A DNA stretch of 41,196 nt from an uncultured Candidatus Saccharibacteria bacterium (GTDB taxonomy: Bacteria > Patescibacteriota > Minisyncoccia > UBA6257): assembly GCA_964441595.1 (NCBI GenBank), contig CAYTXM010000001.1, positions 1-41,196 on the forward strand, read 5' to 3'. Both the position numbers and the translations under genes were made by a program. The notes beneath the pieces are model-generated. The model was not told the DNA's origin. It was given only the letters and a program-made list of their open reading frames with translations, and ran no database searches. Of the stretch, positions 1 to 9,594 are shown piece after piece. The stretch's first letter is position 1. Every line of letters begins with the position of its first letter.

Positions 1-291
1 TAATTTTTCTTCTTGTATCGCCCGATAATTATTAATATCTAAAATAATTCTCCAAGGATAATCATCATTGGAGCATTTTTTTGAAAAGATATTTAATAAA
101 TATTCTAATGCCTGCAAATTCTCTCCATCACGTCCTATTAAAAGTCCGCTATAATTAATTTCTGAATCAGTTTTGATTGAAAACTGAATAAGCTTATCTT
201 GAGGACTTTCTTGCATACTAATTTCAAAATTTACAAAACCAATAATTGTAAGCAATTCTTCTAAAAATTTTTTCAGTTTCAATGTTTCCAT
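1..291 (-). CDS. jag: Jag/KhpB-like KH-domain RNA-binding protein, N-terminal part (3' end runs off the window)
   Basis: Hand translation of the reverse strand from ATG at 291: METLKLKKFLEELLTIIGFVNFEISMQESPQDKLIQFSIKTDSEINYSGLLIGRDGENLQALEYLL..., with no stop to position 1. It has the KH-like GxxG-type motif LIGRDGENLQALEYL. It lies directly downstream of yidC, as in the canonical rpmH-rnpA-yidC-jag cluster. It is absent from the ORF track because no stop falls in the window. Confidence 0.6.
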   Translation of the reverse strand, partial: METLKLKKFLEELLTIIGFVNFEISMQESPQDKLIQFSIKTDSEINYSGLLIGRDGENLQALEYLLNIFSKKCSNDDYPWRIILDINNYRAIQEEKL

Positions 292-293
292 AC

Positions 294-986
294 TTAATTA
301 ATAGTTTTTATTCCTAATGTTTGATCTGTGTTTGAAGTGTCCTTGTTATTCATATACTCCTGTAAAATGTTCACCAGAGTAAATCCTATCCAGTATAAAA
401 TAACAATCGCAGGAAACTTTTGGTAGAAAAATAAAATTATAAAAGGAAAGCCAAGCAACATTGCTTTGTTCTGCCCTGAGCTTGGTTGAATAAAAGTTAA
501 AAAAGAGTTCGAGCAAGCTGAAATAACAGCAAGGACAAGGCTTGGAGCCTTAAGATCAACAATACCAAGAAATAAATAATTTATTTGCTCTGGTAACTTA
601 ACAAAACTATAGAGATAAGGGCTCCAATCATTTGCTATAGCTTGTCTAAAAAACATATAAAGGGAAATAAAGATGGCCATTTGAAAAAAAATAAAGAAAA
701 AAGAATTGCCAGGATTAATCTTTCCTTCTCTAAAAATTTTCATTATCTCCTGATTACCTTTTATTGGCTCTTTCTTAAACTTCTTCTGAATTTCTTTAAT
801 CTTGGGTTGTAATTTTGCCATTTTTCTTTGATCTCCCATAGCTTTTTTATACCAAGGCCAAATAATAAGGCGAATTACTGCCGCCAAAATTAAAACAGCC
901 CACCCCAAATCACCATTTGTTAGACTAGAGAATAAAGCTAAAAGATTATATAATGGTTGAAAAATCAATAATTCAAAAATGTTCAT
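294..986 (-). CDS. yidC: YidC/Oxa1-family membrane protein insertase (short form)
   Basis: 230-aa multi-TM protein with the conserved MxxLQPxIKEIQKKYK-like segment (MAKLQPKIKEIQKKFKKEP). Positioned after rnpA. Confidence 0.9.
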   Translation of the reverse strand: MNIFELLIFQPLYNLLALFSSLTNGDLGWAVLILAAVIRLIIWPWYKKAMGDQRKMAKLQPKIKEIQKKFKKEPIKGNQEIMKIFREGKINPGNSFFFIFFQMAIFISLYMFFRQAIANDWSPYLYSFVKLPEQINYLFLGIVDLKAPSLVLAVISACSNSFLTFIQPSSGQNKAMLLGFPFIILFFYQKFPAIVILYWIGFTLVNILQEYMNNKDTSNTDQTLGIKTIN

Positions 987-988
987 AA

Positions 989-1315
989 TTAAAATGTTAA
1001 TAATTTATCAAGAGAATCTTTTAATTTTAAAAAGTCCATCTTTAAGCAATCTTTCTTTGTAATAATTGCAACATCAAATCCTTTTGAAGAAACTAATAAA
1101 GATTTTTTGAGTATATCTCTAATTCTTCTTTTTAAAACATTCCTTTGTACAGCTGATTTACTGTTTTGAGCCTTAACAACAATTCCATATCTAGGATAGC
1201 TTAAATCATTTTTTTTGAAAATAATTTTAAAGCATTCATTTTCTCTTGTATTGCCTTTCGTAAAAATCTCTTTGAAAATAACAGAAGATATAATTCTGTT
1301 TTTCTTTTTGAGCAT
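989..1315 (-). CDS. rnpA: Ribonuclease P protein component
   Basis: 108-aa basic protein (KKNRI...FKEIFTKG...YPRYGIVVKAQNSKSAVQRNVLKRRIR) immediately downstream of rpmH. Confidence 0.88.
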   Translation of the reverse strand: MLKKKNRIISSVIFKEIFTKGNTRENECFKIIFKKNDLSYPRYGIVVKAQNSKSAVQRNVLKRRIRDILKKSLLVSSKGFDVAIITKKDCLKMDFLKLKDSLDKLLTF

Positions 1316-1318
1316 TTC

Positions 1319-1453
1319 CTAAGGGGTTAATTTTTTTCTTCCCTTTTGCCTTCGTCTACTGACAACTTTTTTTCCTCCCTTAGAAGACATCCTTTTTAAA
1401 AATCCGTGCGTACTCGCTCTCTTTTTCTTTTTTGGTTGATAAGTAACTGACAT
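1319..1453 (-). CDS. rpmH: 50S ribosomal protein L34
   Basis: The internal Met of the 80-aa ORF gives [44 protein letters not shown], a typical 44-aa L34. The upstream 36 codons are hydrophobic junk. ATG complement at 1451-1453. Confidence 0.92.
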   Translation of the reverse strand: MSVTYQPKKKKRASTHGFLKRMSSKGGKKVVSRRRQKGRKKLTP

Positions 1454-1617
1454 AATATTGAATCTTAAATTTAAACTTATTAAACTTAGAATAGCATACC
1501 AAAATATGCGTTGAATATCAAATTCACTAATTATCAACAGTTTATCCCCAAAAAAGAACAATTTCCTTGCGGAAACTAAATTTTATTTTTATACTATAAA
1601 ATATACTAATTTTAATT

Positions 1618-2988
1618 ATGGATATAAAAGAACTTTGGGAGGCGGCTTTAGGAGAAATTCAATTAAATATTTCAAAAGCTAATTACCAAACATGGCTAAA
1701 AGATACATTTATTTTAGACATCAAAGATGGGACAGTTTTTATAGGAGTCCAATCCAGCTTCACAAAGGAATGGCTTGAAAATAAATATCATAAACAAATT
1801 TTACATGCTCTCTACGGCTTAGATTCTAAAATAAAAAAGATTGAATATTCAGTCACAACCAATAAAGACTCCCTAAAAAAAATAGAGACCAGAAAGACAA
1901 AACGTTCTTCAACTATTTCAAAATCATCAGTTTTAGATGAACAATTAGAACTTAATATTGATTCTGAAACCAATCTTAATCCAAAATATCTTTTTGAAAA
2001 TTTTGTTGTAGGGACAAATAATGAATTAGCTAATGCAGCAGCTTTGGCAGTAGTAGAAAATTTAGGAAAAAAATATAATCCTCTTTTTATTTACGGCGGT
2101 GTTGGATTAGGAAAAACACATCTTCTTCAGGCTATTGGAAATAAATTAAAAAAAGGGAAGAAAAAATTAAAAATTTTATATGCTTCCTCGGAAAAATTTA
2201 CAGATGATTTAGTTAATGCTATCCGTAATCAAAAAATGACGTGGTTTAAAAAAAGCTTTAGAAATCTTGACCTTCTTTTAATCGACGATGTCCAATTCAT
2301 TGCCGGAAAAGATAAAACTCAGGAGGAACTTTTTCATACTTTTAATACATTGTATGGCAAGAATAAACAAATTGTTTTTACCTCTGACCGCCCACCAAAA
2401 TCTATTCCATCCATTGAAGAACGGCTAAGATCTAGATTTGAAGGAGGTATGATAGCTGATATTGGTTATCCTGATTTTGAAACAAGATTAGCTATTTTAG
2501 AAAATAAAAGTCAGGATGTATCAAATCTTATAGATAGTGATGTTCTTAAGTATATATCCGAAGCTATCCCAAGAAATGTTAGGGAATTAGAAGGAGCGTT
2601 AAACAGGGTTATTGCGCATGCGCGTCTTAAAAATAGTCCAATTTCTTTAGAAGAAACCAAAAAAATACTGTCTATTATCTTAAATAAATCAAATAAATAT
2701 ATCTCACCAAAAGAAGTAATTAAAAAAATTGTTGCTTTTTATGATCTTAAAGAAGATGACGTTTTGGGCCGTTCTAGAAAAAAAGAATTAGTCAAACCAA
2801 GGCAAATTGTAATGTATCTTCTAAGAGAAGAATTGCGCTATTCTTATACTAGTATCGCCGAGAAATTAGGTAATCGCGACCATACCACTGTTATTCATGC
2901 GTATAAAAAAATATCTTCTGAAATCGAAAAAGATCCTGTTTTTTGCCAAGAAATAACTATTTTGAAGGAAATGCTGTATAATAAGTAG
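1618..2988 (+). CDS. dnaA: Chromosomal replication initiator DnaA
   Basis: Walker A GGVGLGKTHLL, Walker B LLLIDDVQF, sensor and C-terminal DNA-binding helix (KELVKPRQIVMYLLRE...HTTVIHAYKKI). Divergent from rpmH. Confidence 0.97.
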   Translation: MDIKELWEAALGEIQLNISKANYQTWLKDTFILDIKDGTVFIGVQSSFTKEWLENKYHKQILHALYGLDSKIKKIEYSVTTNKDSLKKIETRKTKRSSTISKSSVLDEQLELNIDSETNLNPKYLFENFVVGTNNELANAAALAVVENLGKKYNPLFIYGGVGLGKTHLLQAIGNKLKKGKKKLKILYASSEKFTDDLVNAIRNQKMTWFKKSFRNLDLLLIDDVQFIAGKDKTQEELFHTFNTLYGKNKQIVFTSDRPPKSIPSIEERLRSRFEGGMIADIGYPDFETRLAILENKSQDVSNLIDSDVLKYISEAIPRNVRELEGALNRVIAHARLKNSPISLEETKKILSIILNKSNKYISPKEVIKKIVAFYDLKEDDVLGRSRKKELVKPRQIVMYLLREELRYSYTSIAEKLGNRDHTTVIHAYKKISSEIEKDPVFCQEITILKEMLYNK

Positions 2989-3242
2989 TGTGGTGGATAT
3001 ATTGTTGATAAAATAATGTGTAAACAGTGAGTAACTTTAAACTTTAAGTTTTAAACTTTAAACTTCCAATTCTTGTCCCCATGTTTTCTCCAAATTATTC
3101 ATTAGTTATTCACTAGTTATCCATTTTAAAAAATATTAATAATGAATACTGTCTTCAAAAAAATCATTTATACACATAATACTCGCCCTTAATAATAACA
3201 ATATATTTAATTATATAAATAAATAATAATTAGTAAAAAAAT
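2989..3242. promoter_or_regulatory. Candidate oriC (dnaA-dnaN intergenic): phased DnaA-box-like 9-mers, 7-bp tandem repeats, AT-rich unwinding region
   Basis: TTATTCATT (3095-3103), TTATTCACT (3106-3114) and TTATCCATT (3117-3125) lie head-to-tail at 11-bp spacing. TTATACACA (3168-3176) fits TTATNCACA. There are 7-bp repeats AACTTTA/AGTTTTA at 3033-3065 and an almost pure A+T stretch at 3191-3242. Confidence 0.55.
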
Positions 3243-4379
3243 ATGAAATTTATTACTTTAGTTGATAATTTTAAAAAATCTATTAATTTAGCGGAAAAAA
3301 TAACAGGGAAAAATCTCACCCTTCCGGTTTTGAGTAATATTCTTTTAAAAACAAATAAAAACAAACTCCACCTTTTAGCTACTGATTTGGAAATTGGAAT
3401 AGAGTTGATTATTTCAGGAAAAGTAGAAAGAGAAGGAAAATTTATTATTCCTGCAAAAACCTTTTCTATGTTTTTAAATAATTTATCCGAAGAAAAAATT
3501 ACAATTGAAGAAAGTAAAAATGTTCTATTAGTCAAAAGTGGAAATTATAATACAATATTTCAAGGAATAAATCCCGATGAATTTCCAATTATTCCAGAAA
3601 CGAAAACAGAAAAATATATAGAAATAGAAAAAAAGGATTTTGAAGAAGCATTAGAACAAGTAATTCCAAGTGTTGGTTACACTTCTCCAAAACCAGAATT
3701 GAATGGTGTTTTCTTTAAATTAGAAAATAAAAATTCAAAAAATATTTTAAAATTAGTTGGTACTGATAGTTTTCGTTTAGCAGAAAAAAATATCTCATCT
3801 GAAAAGATTAAAACTAATATAAAAGATGATTTAGAAATGATAATTCCATTAAGAACAGCGCAAGAAGTTCTAAGAATTATTCAAGAGGAAATAGAAGAAG
3901 TTAGTAGTGTAATAAAAATTTCACCAGAGTCTAATCAAGTTCAATTTTCATTGAATAATGTTCGTTTAATATCCAGGCTGATTAATGCTGAATATCCAAA
4001 ATATTCGTCAATAATCCCATCTAATTTTAAAAATCAAACCATCTTAAATAAGAAGAAATTGATTGAAGCCGTTAAAATTGTTGGCTTATTCAGTGGAAGG
4101 ATAAATGATGTTGTATTTGATTTCAATCCATCAAAAAAAGAGATCGTCATTGAGGCTCAAGATCCTTCATTGGGAAAAAGCCATACCATCCTGATTCCAG
4201 AAGACATAAATGGCGACCCATTAAAAATTAGTTTTAATCATTATTTTTTATTAGACGGATTATATTCAATTAAAGAAGACGAGGTAATTATCAAATTAAA
4301 TAAAGAAATTAATCCAGGCTTAATTCACGGAAAATCCGATGATAGTTTTTCTTATATTTTGATGCCGATTAAAATTTAA
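3243..4379 (+). CDS. dnaN: DNA polymerase III beta sliding clamp
   Basis: 378 aa of typical clamp length. N-terminus MKFITLVDNFKKSINLAEKITGKNLTLPVLSNILLKT and C-terminal MPIKI-type ending. Follows dnaA. Confidence 0.95.
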   Translation: MKFITLVDNFKKSINLAEKITGKNLTLPVLSNILLKTNKNKLHLLATDLEIGIELIISGKVEREGKFIIPAKTFSMFLNNLSEEKITIEESKNVLLVKSGNYNTIFQGINPDEFPIIPETKTEKYIEIEKKDFEEALEQVIPSVGYTSPKPELNGVFFKLENKNSKNILKLVGTDSFRLAEKNISSEKIKTNIKDDLEMIIPLRTAQEVLRIIQEEIEEVSSVIKISPESNQVQFSLNNVRLISRLINAEYPKYSSIIPSNFKNQTILNKKKLIEAVKIVGLFSGRINDVVFDFNPSKKEIVIEAQDPSLGKSHTILIPEDINGDPLKISFNHYFLLDGLYSIKEDEVIIKLNKEINPGLIHGKSDDSFSYILMPIKI

Positions 4380-4395
4380 TTTGGCGTTTTACTCT

Positions 4396-4692
4396 ATGGC
4401 TTTTACATCAATTAAACAAGCATTAAAAAATTGGTCAAAAACCAAAAGATTTAAAAGTTTTTTTCAGGGGCAAGAAGCGATTAATGTGATAAACCAATAT
4501 TTTAAAGAAAAAAAGAGCTGGTCATTGGACATAGCTAGGGCCAGTTCTTTAAAGCAAGACATATTAACAATTAAATGTTGTAGGGCTGTTATTTCATCAG
4601 AGTTACGGCTAGAGGAACCGCAATTAAGAGCCTATCTTCAAAAAAGAATTCCTAAGGTAAAAATTAATAAAATTTTTTATACAATCGGATAG
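4396..4692 (+). CDS. DUF721/DciA-like small protein
   Basis: About 98 aa. The pattern ...ASSLKQDILTIKCCRAVISSELRLEEPQLRAYLQKRI...KINKIFY resembles the DUF721 core (beta-strand, then A.EL......I...IN). It sits right after dnaN, where DUF721 genes usually occur. The ATG at 4396 is preferred over the TTG at 4381. Confidence 0.5.
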   Translation: MAFTSIKQALKNWSKTKRFKSFFQGQEAINVINQYFKEKKSWSLDIARASSLKQDILTIKCCRAVISSELRLEEPQLRAYLQKRIPKVKINKIFYTIG

Positions 4693-4696
4693 ATAA

Positions 4697-7165
4697 TTAC
4701 CTGAATACAATTATTGCTGTTGTGCTTTTTTGATTGAAGCTGTCAATAGCTTCAATTTTTATTTCGTTTTGATTAACTAGATTATTAAAATCTATTTTAT
4801 AAGAATAGATATCATTATTTATCTTATTTAATTCCCCAAGTAATATTTTATTAAGATAAATTTGGGTGTTTATTATTTCAATGGGGCTATTAATTTTAAT
4901 AATTAAGTCAACATCAGTATCAATAAAACTGCCACTTTCAGGCGAGAGAAATTCAATCTTGGGGACATCAGGAAAATTTATTGTTGTTTGTGTAGTGTCG
5001 GTATTGATGGGTATATAATCAGTGCCTAAAGATTTATTATATTCTTCACTAAAATTAACAATATTTTTTTGCGCCCATAAAAGTACAGGAATTTCCCAAT
5101 TCAAAAACTGAGGATCACTTAATTGGTTGGCAAGTGGAGAGTTAAGGAGATTATCTTTGTTTACGTAATAAAGAATATTATGAATTTCATTAATACTGAC
5201 AATTTCTTCAGTCTGAATATTTTTATATTCTTTTACATTTATATAATTTCCATTAAGCATTGGAATAGAATTTTTCATTGCTTGATCATTAGTATATGGT
5301 AGTGGTTCAATAAAATTTGTTGGAGGATAAAATTCTATTGATTTTGCCATAAATTCATGCCAGCAAGGAGCGGCTATCATAGATCCTGGAGACCCTGTCT
5401 TACTAACTATAGATCTGTCATTATTCCCAGCCCAAATTCCAGCAGCCAATGATGTAGTATAACCAATTGTCCATGCATCTCTATATTCAGAGTCTGTTCC
5501 AGTTTTAGCTGCTACTTGAAAATTAGAAAAATATAATGGATTATCCCATCCAAATGTAGGGGCTCTAGCAATATTATCAGATAAGATACTATTAATGCTT
5601 CTGGCTATTTGTTCATCTAATACTTTTTTATTTTGCAATGAGAATTCTTCGATTGTTTGATTATTTTTATCTTCAATCTTTAAAATACTTATTTGTGGGT
5701 GATAAATTCCCTCTTGATTAAAGACAGTGTATGCATGGACCATCTCTATTAATTTTACTCCTCCACCACCTAAAACTAAGCTTAATCCATAATGTTCTGG
5801 AGAATCATTTAGTGTTGTAATTCCAAAATCTTGTGCTGTTTTTATAGAATTTTTTATACCAGCTAAATATAGAATTTTTACTGAGGGGATATTTAAAGAT
5901 TGGGCGAGAGCTTGTCTAAAAGTTACTGGTCCTCTCGTTTTACTGTCATAATTTGTGACCGTATAGGGATTATTAGGGTCTGTAGAAAAATTTGCGGTGA
6001 CACCATTTGAAGCAGTATCAAAAATAATACTTTCTGGCAAGAACCCTTTTTTAAAGACAGTAGCATAAACAATTGGCTTGAATGATGATCCTGGTTGCCG
6101 AGTGCTTAAAGTAGTGTTTACATTTCCTTCAGAATCTAAATTCCAATAATCGCGTGATCCTACCATCGCTAATATTTGGCCTGTTTTTGGATCTTCAGCT
6201 AAAAGGCTTAAATTTTGTACTCCTGCATTTTTTTCATTAAGATTTCCGTATTTTTCAACTAATTCCTCAGCTAAATTTTGAAGACGCATATCCAAGCTCG
6301 TAATAATAGTATATCCTCCCTTTTCCAGCTCTTCTTCACCAAATCTTTCATAGAGAAAATTACGGATGTACATTACAAAATGAGGCGCTTTAAACTTTAC
6401 CTTTGGCGGTGTAAAGATTACTTTTTCTTGCTGAGCTTTTTCTACTTCCTCATTTGAATAATAATTGAGTATTTTCACTCGTGAAATGATCCACGTTTTT
6501 CTATTTTCTAAATCTTCTAAATGATTTCCAAATGGGGACAAATAATTTGGTGATTGAATCAAGCTGGTTAGATAAGCTGCTTCAGCTAACGTTAGATTTT
6601 TAGCTTCTTTACTGTAATAAAAATTACTTGCTGATTCAATCCCGTAAACATTATGCCCGTAATTAATTTGGTTTAAGTACATTTCCAGAATTTGGTTTTT
6701 ACTGTATGTTTTTTCAATTTTTACAGTTAAAATCGCTTCTTTAAGCTTTCTCACTAAAGTTTTATCAATGGTGAGGAAAGCATTACGAGCTAATTGTTGG
6801 GTTATTGTAGAGCCACCCCGGAGATCCCCTGGATGGGACAGGTTATGAATAATCGAACGGGCGAATCCTTTAAAAGAAAAGCCATTATGGTTATAAAAAT
6901 TATCATCTTCTGCGGCGAGGGTTGTTTTGATAATGTATGGAGACATTTCGTCTATTCCTATAATGGTTCTTTTTTCTCCGCCATGTATTTCATAAAGTAA
7001 GATTTCCCCAGTGCGGTCATATATTTTTGTTGACTCTGCAACAATTCGTTGGTCAAATGTAGATGGGTCTGGTAATCCTTCAGCGAGGAAAATCAAAAAA
7101 AAGCCCAATAGTATTAGAGCCAAAAAAGTTAGTAGAAGGAAAAATGAAATAGTCTTTTTTATCAC
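4697..7165 (-). CDS. Class A penicillin-binding protein (PBP1A-type glycosyltransferase/transpeptidase) with C-terminal extension
   Basis: N-terminal TM. GT51 motifs EDDNFYNHNGF, GGSTITQQLARN and RKLKE. Transpeptidase motifs SSFKP (SxxK), SLN (SxN) and KTGT. About 170 extra C-terminal residues have no motif I recognise. Confidence 0.93.
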   Translation of the reverse strand: MIKKTISFFLLLTFLALILLGFFLIFLAEGLPDPSTFDQRIVAESTKIYDRTGEILLYEIHGGEKRTIIGIDEMSPYIIKTTLAAEDDNFYNHNGFSFKGFARSIIHNLSHPGDLRGGSTITQQLARNAFLTIDKTLVRKLKEAILTVKIEKTYSKNQILEMYLNQINYGHNVYGIESASNFYYSKEAKNLTLAEAAYLTSLIQSPNYLSPFGNHLEDLENRKTWIISRVKILNYYSNEEVEKAQQEKVIFTPPKVKFKAPHFVMYIRNFLYERFGEEELEKGGYTIITSLDMRLQNLAEELVEKYGNLNEKNAGVQNLSLLAEDPKTGQILAMVGSRDYWNLDSEGNVNTTLSTRQPGSSFKPIVYATVFKKGFLPESIIFDTASNGVTANFSTDPNNPYTVTNYDSKTRGPVTFRQALAQSLNIPSVKILYLAGIKNSIKTAQDFGITTLNDSPEHYGLSLVLGGGGVKLIEMVHAYTVFNQEGIYHPQISILKIEDKNNQTIEEFSLQNKKVLDEQIARSINSILSDNIARAPTFGWDNPLYFSNFQVAAKTGTDSEYRDAWTIGYTTSLAAGIWAGNNDRSIVSKTGSPGSMIAAPCWHEFMAKSIEFYPPTNFIEPLPYTNDQAMKNSIPMLNGNYINVKEYKNIQTEEIVSINEIHNILYYVNKDNLLNSPLANQLSDPQFLNWEIPVLLWAQKNIVNFSEEYNKSLGTDYIPINTDTTQTTINFPDVPKIEFLSPESGSFIDTDVDLIIKINSPIEIINTQIYLNKILLGELNKINNDIYSYKIDFNNLVNQNEIKIEAIDSFNQKSTTAIIVFR

Positions 7166-7172
7166 TTTTGTT

Positions 7173-7655
7173 TTAATTTGAATATTTTATTCCTAATTTA
7201 TTAATTCCTGCCAAAGCAACAGCCAAAGCATCTGCAGTATCATCGGGCTTAGGTATTGTTTCTAGAGAGAAAAAGCATTGGATTGTTTTTTGGACATCTT
7301 TTTTATTTGCCCTTCCATACCCTATAAGGTTTTGTTTGATTTCAAGTGGCGTTAATTCGATACATTTTAAACGGTTTTTTTGAGCGATTAATAAAATAAC
7401 GCCTCTGGCCTCGCTAATACTCATAACAGTTTTAGCGTTTTTAAAAAAAAATATTTTTTCTATGGCGACTATCGATGGCTTGTATTTTTTTATCAACGAA
7501 TTAATATCTCGAGCTATTATTTCTAATCTTTCTCCCTGACTTTCTTTAGATATTTCCAAACACCCATAATCTATTGGCTTAATATCTTTTCTTCCAACAC
7601 GGAGAAAAGCCCATCCTGTTCGAGTTGTTCCGGGATCAATTCCTAAAATTATCAT
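7173..7655 (-). CDS. ruvC: Holliday junction resolvase RuvC
   Basis: MIILGIDPGTTRTGWA..., 160 aa, C-terminal DDTADALAVAL acidic motif. Confidence 0.93.
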   Translation of the reverse strand: MIILGIDPGTTRTGWAFLRVGRKDIKPIDYGCLEISKESQGERLEIIARDINSLIKKYKPSIVAIEKIFFFKNAKTVMSISEARGVILLIAQKNRLKCIELTPLEIKQNLIGYGRANKKDVQKTIQCFFSLETIPKPDDTADALAVALAGINKLGIKYSN

Positions 7656-7662
7656 TGTTTTG

Positions 7663-8388
7663 TTATTTTAAATCAGCGTTACAATAAATTTCTTCTACAT
7701 CATTATGTTCATCTAAGGCATCGAATAAGTTATTTAATTTTGCGGTGATTCCTTTATTAGTAATTTCTATTGGTTGTTGGCTAATAAAATCAAATTCAGT
7801 TTTAACAATATCTTGACCTATTTTTTTCTCAAGAAAGTTTTTGATCAAAGCAAGATTTTGCGGGTCAGTATAAATTATAATTTTTTCATCCTCTTCATTT
7901 ATTTCTTCTGCTCCATTTTCAATAACCTCAAGTGAAATATCATCATTCCAAAATTTTTTAGGCAAGACAATTTTTCCTGTTTCTTTAAACATCCAACGAA
8001 CACTTCCAGGGTCTGCCATTTTAGCCCCATGTTCTTGAAGTAAGTGCCGCAGTTCAGCTAACGTGCGGTTTTTGTTGTCTGTAATAGCATGGATTAAAAG
8101 AGCTGACCCTCCCGGACCATAGGCCTCATAGAAAGTTTCTTCTATTTTTTTCCCATCATCTAATTCACCAGACCCTCTATCTATAGCTCTTTCGATATTT
8201 TCTTTAGGCATTCCAAATTCCTTTGCTTTATCAACAGCCATTCTTAATTTGGAGTTGGAATCTATATTTCCACCATCTTTTGCCGCCACAGTGATTATGG
8301 CGGTTAATTTAGAAAAAGCCTTGGCCCTTTTTGGGTCTTTAGCAGCTTTTTGGTATTTTACTTTAGACCATTTGGAATGTCCTGACAT
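7663..8388 (-). CDS. yebC: YebC/PmpR-family DNA-binding regulator
   Basis: MSGHSKWSKVKYQKAAKDPKRAKAFSKL... is the diagnostic N-terminus. 241 aa. Confidence 0.93.
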   Translation of the reverse strand: MSGHSKWSKVKYQKAAKDPKRAKAFSKLTAIITVAAKDGGNIDSNSKLRMAVDKAKEFGMPKENIERAIDRGSGELDDGKKIEETFYEAYGPGGSALLIHAITDNKNRTLAELRHLLQEHGAKMADPGSVRWMFKETGKIVLPKKFWNDDISLEVIENGAEEINEEDEKIIIYTDPQNLALIKNFLEKKIGQDIVKTEFDFISQQPIEITNKGITAKLNNLFDALDEHNDVEEIYCNADLK

Positions 8389-8568
8389 GTTTTTAACCCT
8401 TTAAACTTTTAAAATTTCATACCAATCGCATTATTTTATTGTATAATTTTTTTTACTTTTTCGCAAGAAGAACTATTTTTTTAGTTTTGGTATGTGGGTT
8501 GAAAAAATGACTATTTTATAGTAAAATTAACAATAAGTGTTAAAATATAAGTATTAAAAAGTACATAA

Positions 8569-9591
8569 ATGGACTTAGGCCAAATAGAAAAAGAAGCTGA
8601 AAATAGCATTTCTTTAGTCAAAAATACATCAGATTTAGAAAAATGGCGTATTAAATATTTAGGGAGAAAAAGCGCCCTTTCTTTATTTTTTAATTCTTTA
8701 TCCAAATTATCTTTAGTAGGAAAGAAAAAACAAGGACAAAAAGCCAATACTATTCGTCAATTTCTTTCATCTTTATACAAAGAAAAGAAAATAGATATAG
8801 AAAGCAACGCTTCTTTTTCTTCAGATTTTATTGATATTACTCAACCAGGTGAGAAAATGCGACAAGGGCATCTTCATCCTTTGACATTAATTTTACGCGA
8901 CATAACTAATTCTTTTCAAAAAATGGGTTTTTCTATTATAGAAGGGCCTGAAATAGAAACCGAATATTATAATTTTGACGCTTTAAATATTCCAGCTGGT
9001 CATCCTGCTAGAGAAATGTGGGATACTCTTTGGATAAAACCAGAGCACAAAAATCAAAAGTCAAAAATGTTATTGCGGACACATACCAGCCCAATGCAGG
9101 TTCGTTTTATGGAAACTCATCAACCCCCTTTTCGCATAATTGTTCCTGGTAAATGTTTTCGTTATGAAGCAACTGATGCTTCCCATGAAATTCAATTTCA
9201 TCAAATAGAGGGGTTAATGGTAGGAGAAAATATTAGTTTATCCAATTTTAAGGCCATAATTGAGGAGGTTGTAGAGGATATTTTTAAACAGAAGGTTTTG
9301 GTTCGTTTTAGGCCAAGTTATTTTCCTTTTGTGTCTCCTGGAGTTGAAGTGGATATTAAAATGAAATCAAAAATCAAAGGGCAAAAGTCAAAAGTGAAAG
9401 ATGAATGGTTGGAAATAATGGGCGCAGGTATAGTTCATCCAGATTTATTCAAAAGAGCTGGTTACGCGAATAATAGATGGCAAGGTTTTGCTTTTGGGCT
9501 TGGAGTGGAAAGAATTGCTATGATTAAATATCGTATTGACGATATTAGATTATTTTTTTCTCCAGATGTAAGATTTTTAGAGCAATTTTAA
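8569..9591 (+). CDS. pheS: Phenylalanine--tRNA ligase alpha subunit
   Basis: Class II motifs HPLT, LRTHTSPMQVR, FRYEATDASHEIQFHQIEG and GFAFGLGVERIAM. Confidence 0.96.
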   Translation: MDLGQIEKEAENSISLVKNTSDLEKWRIKYLGRKSALSLFFNSLSKLSLVGKKKQGQKANTIRQFLSSLYKEKKIDIESNASFSSDFIDITQPGEKMRQGHLHPLTLILRDITNSFQKMGFSIIEGPEIETEYYNFDALNIPAGHPAREMWDTLWIKPEHKNQKSKMLLRTHTSPMQVRFMETHQPPFRIIVPGKCFRYEATDASHEIQFHQIEGLMVGENISLSNFKAIIEEVVEDIFKQKVLVRFRPSYFPFVSPGVEVDIKMKSKIKGQKSKVKDEWLEIMGAGIVHPDLFKRAGYANNRWQGFAFGLGVERIAMIKYRIDDIRLFFSPDVRFLEQF

Positions 9592-9594
9592 ATT

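Noticed and set aside
8389-8568. T-box riboswitch upstream of pheS (and of tyrS at 24052-24190).
   Set aside because: The spacers are short (about 180 and 140 nt), and I find no T-box consensus (AANNNGGGTGGTACCGCG-like) or specifier/antiterminator architecture.
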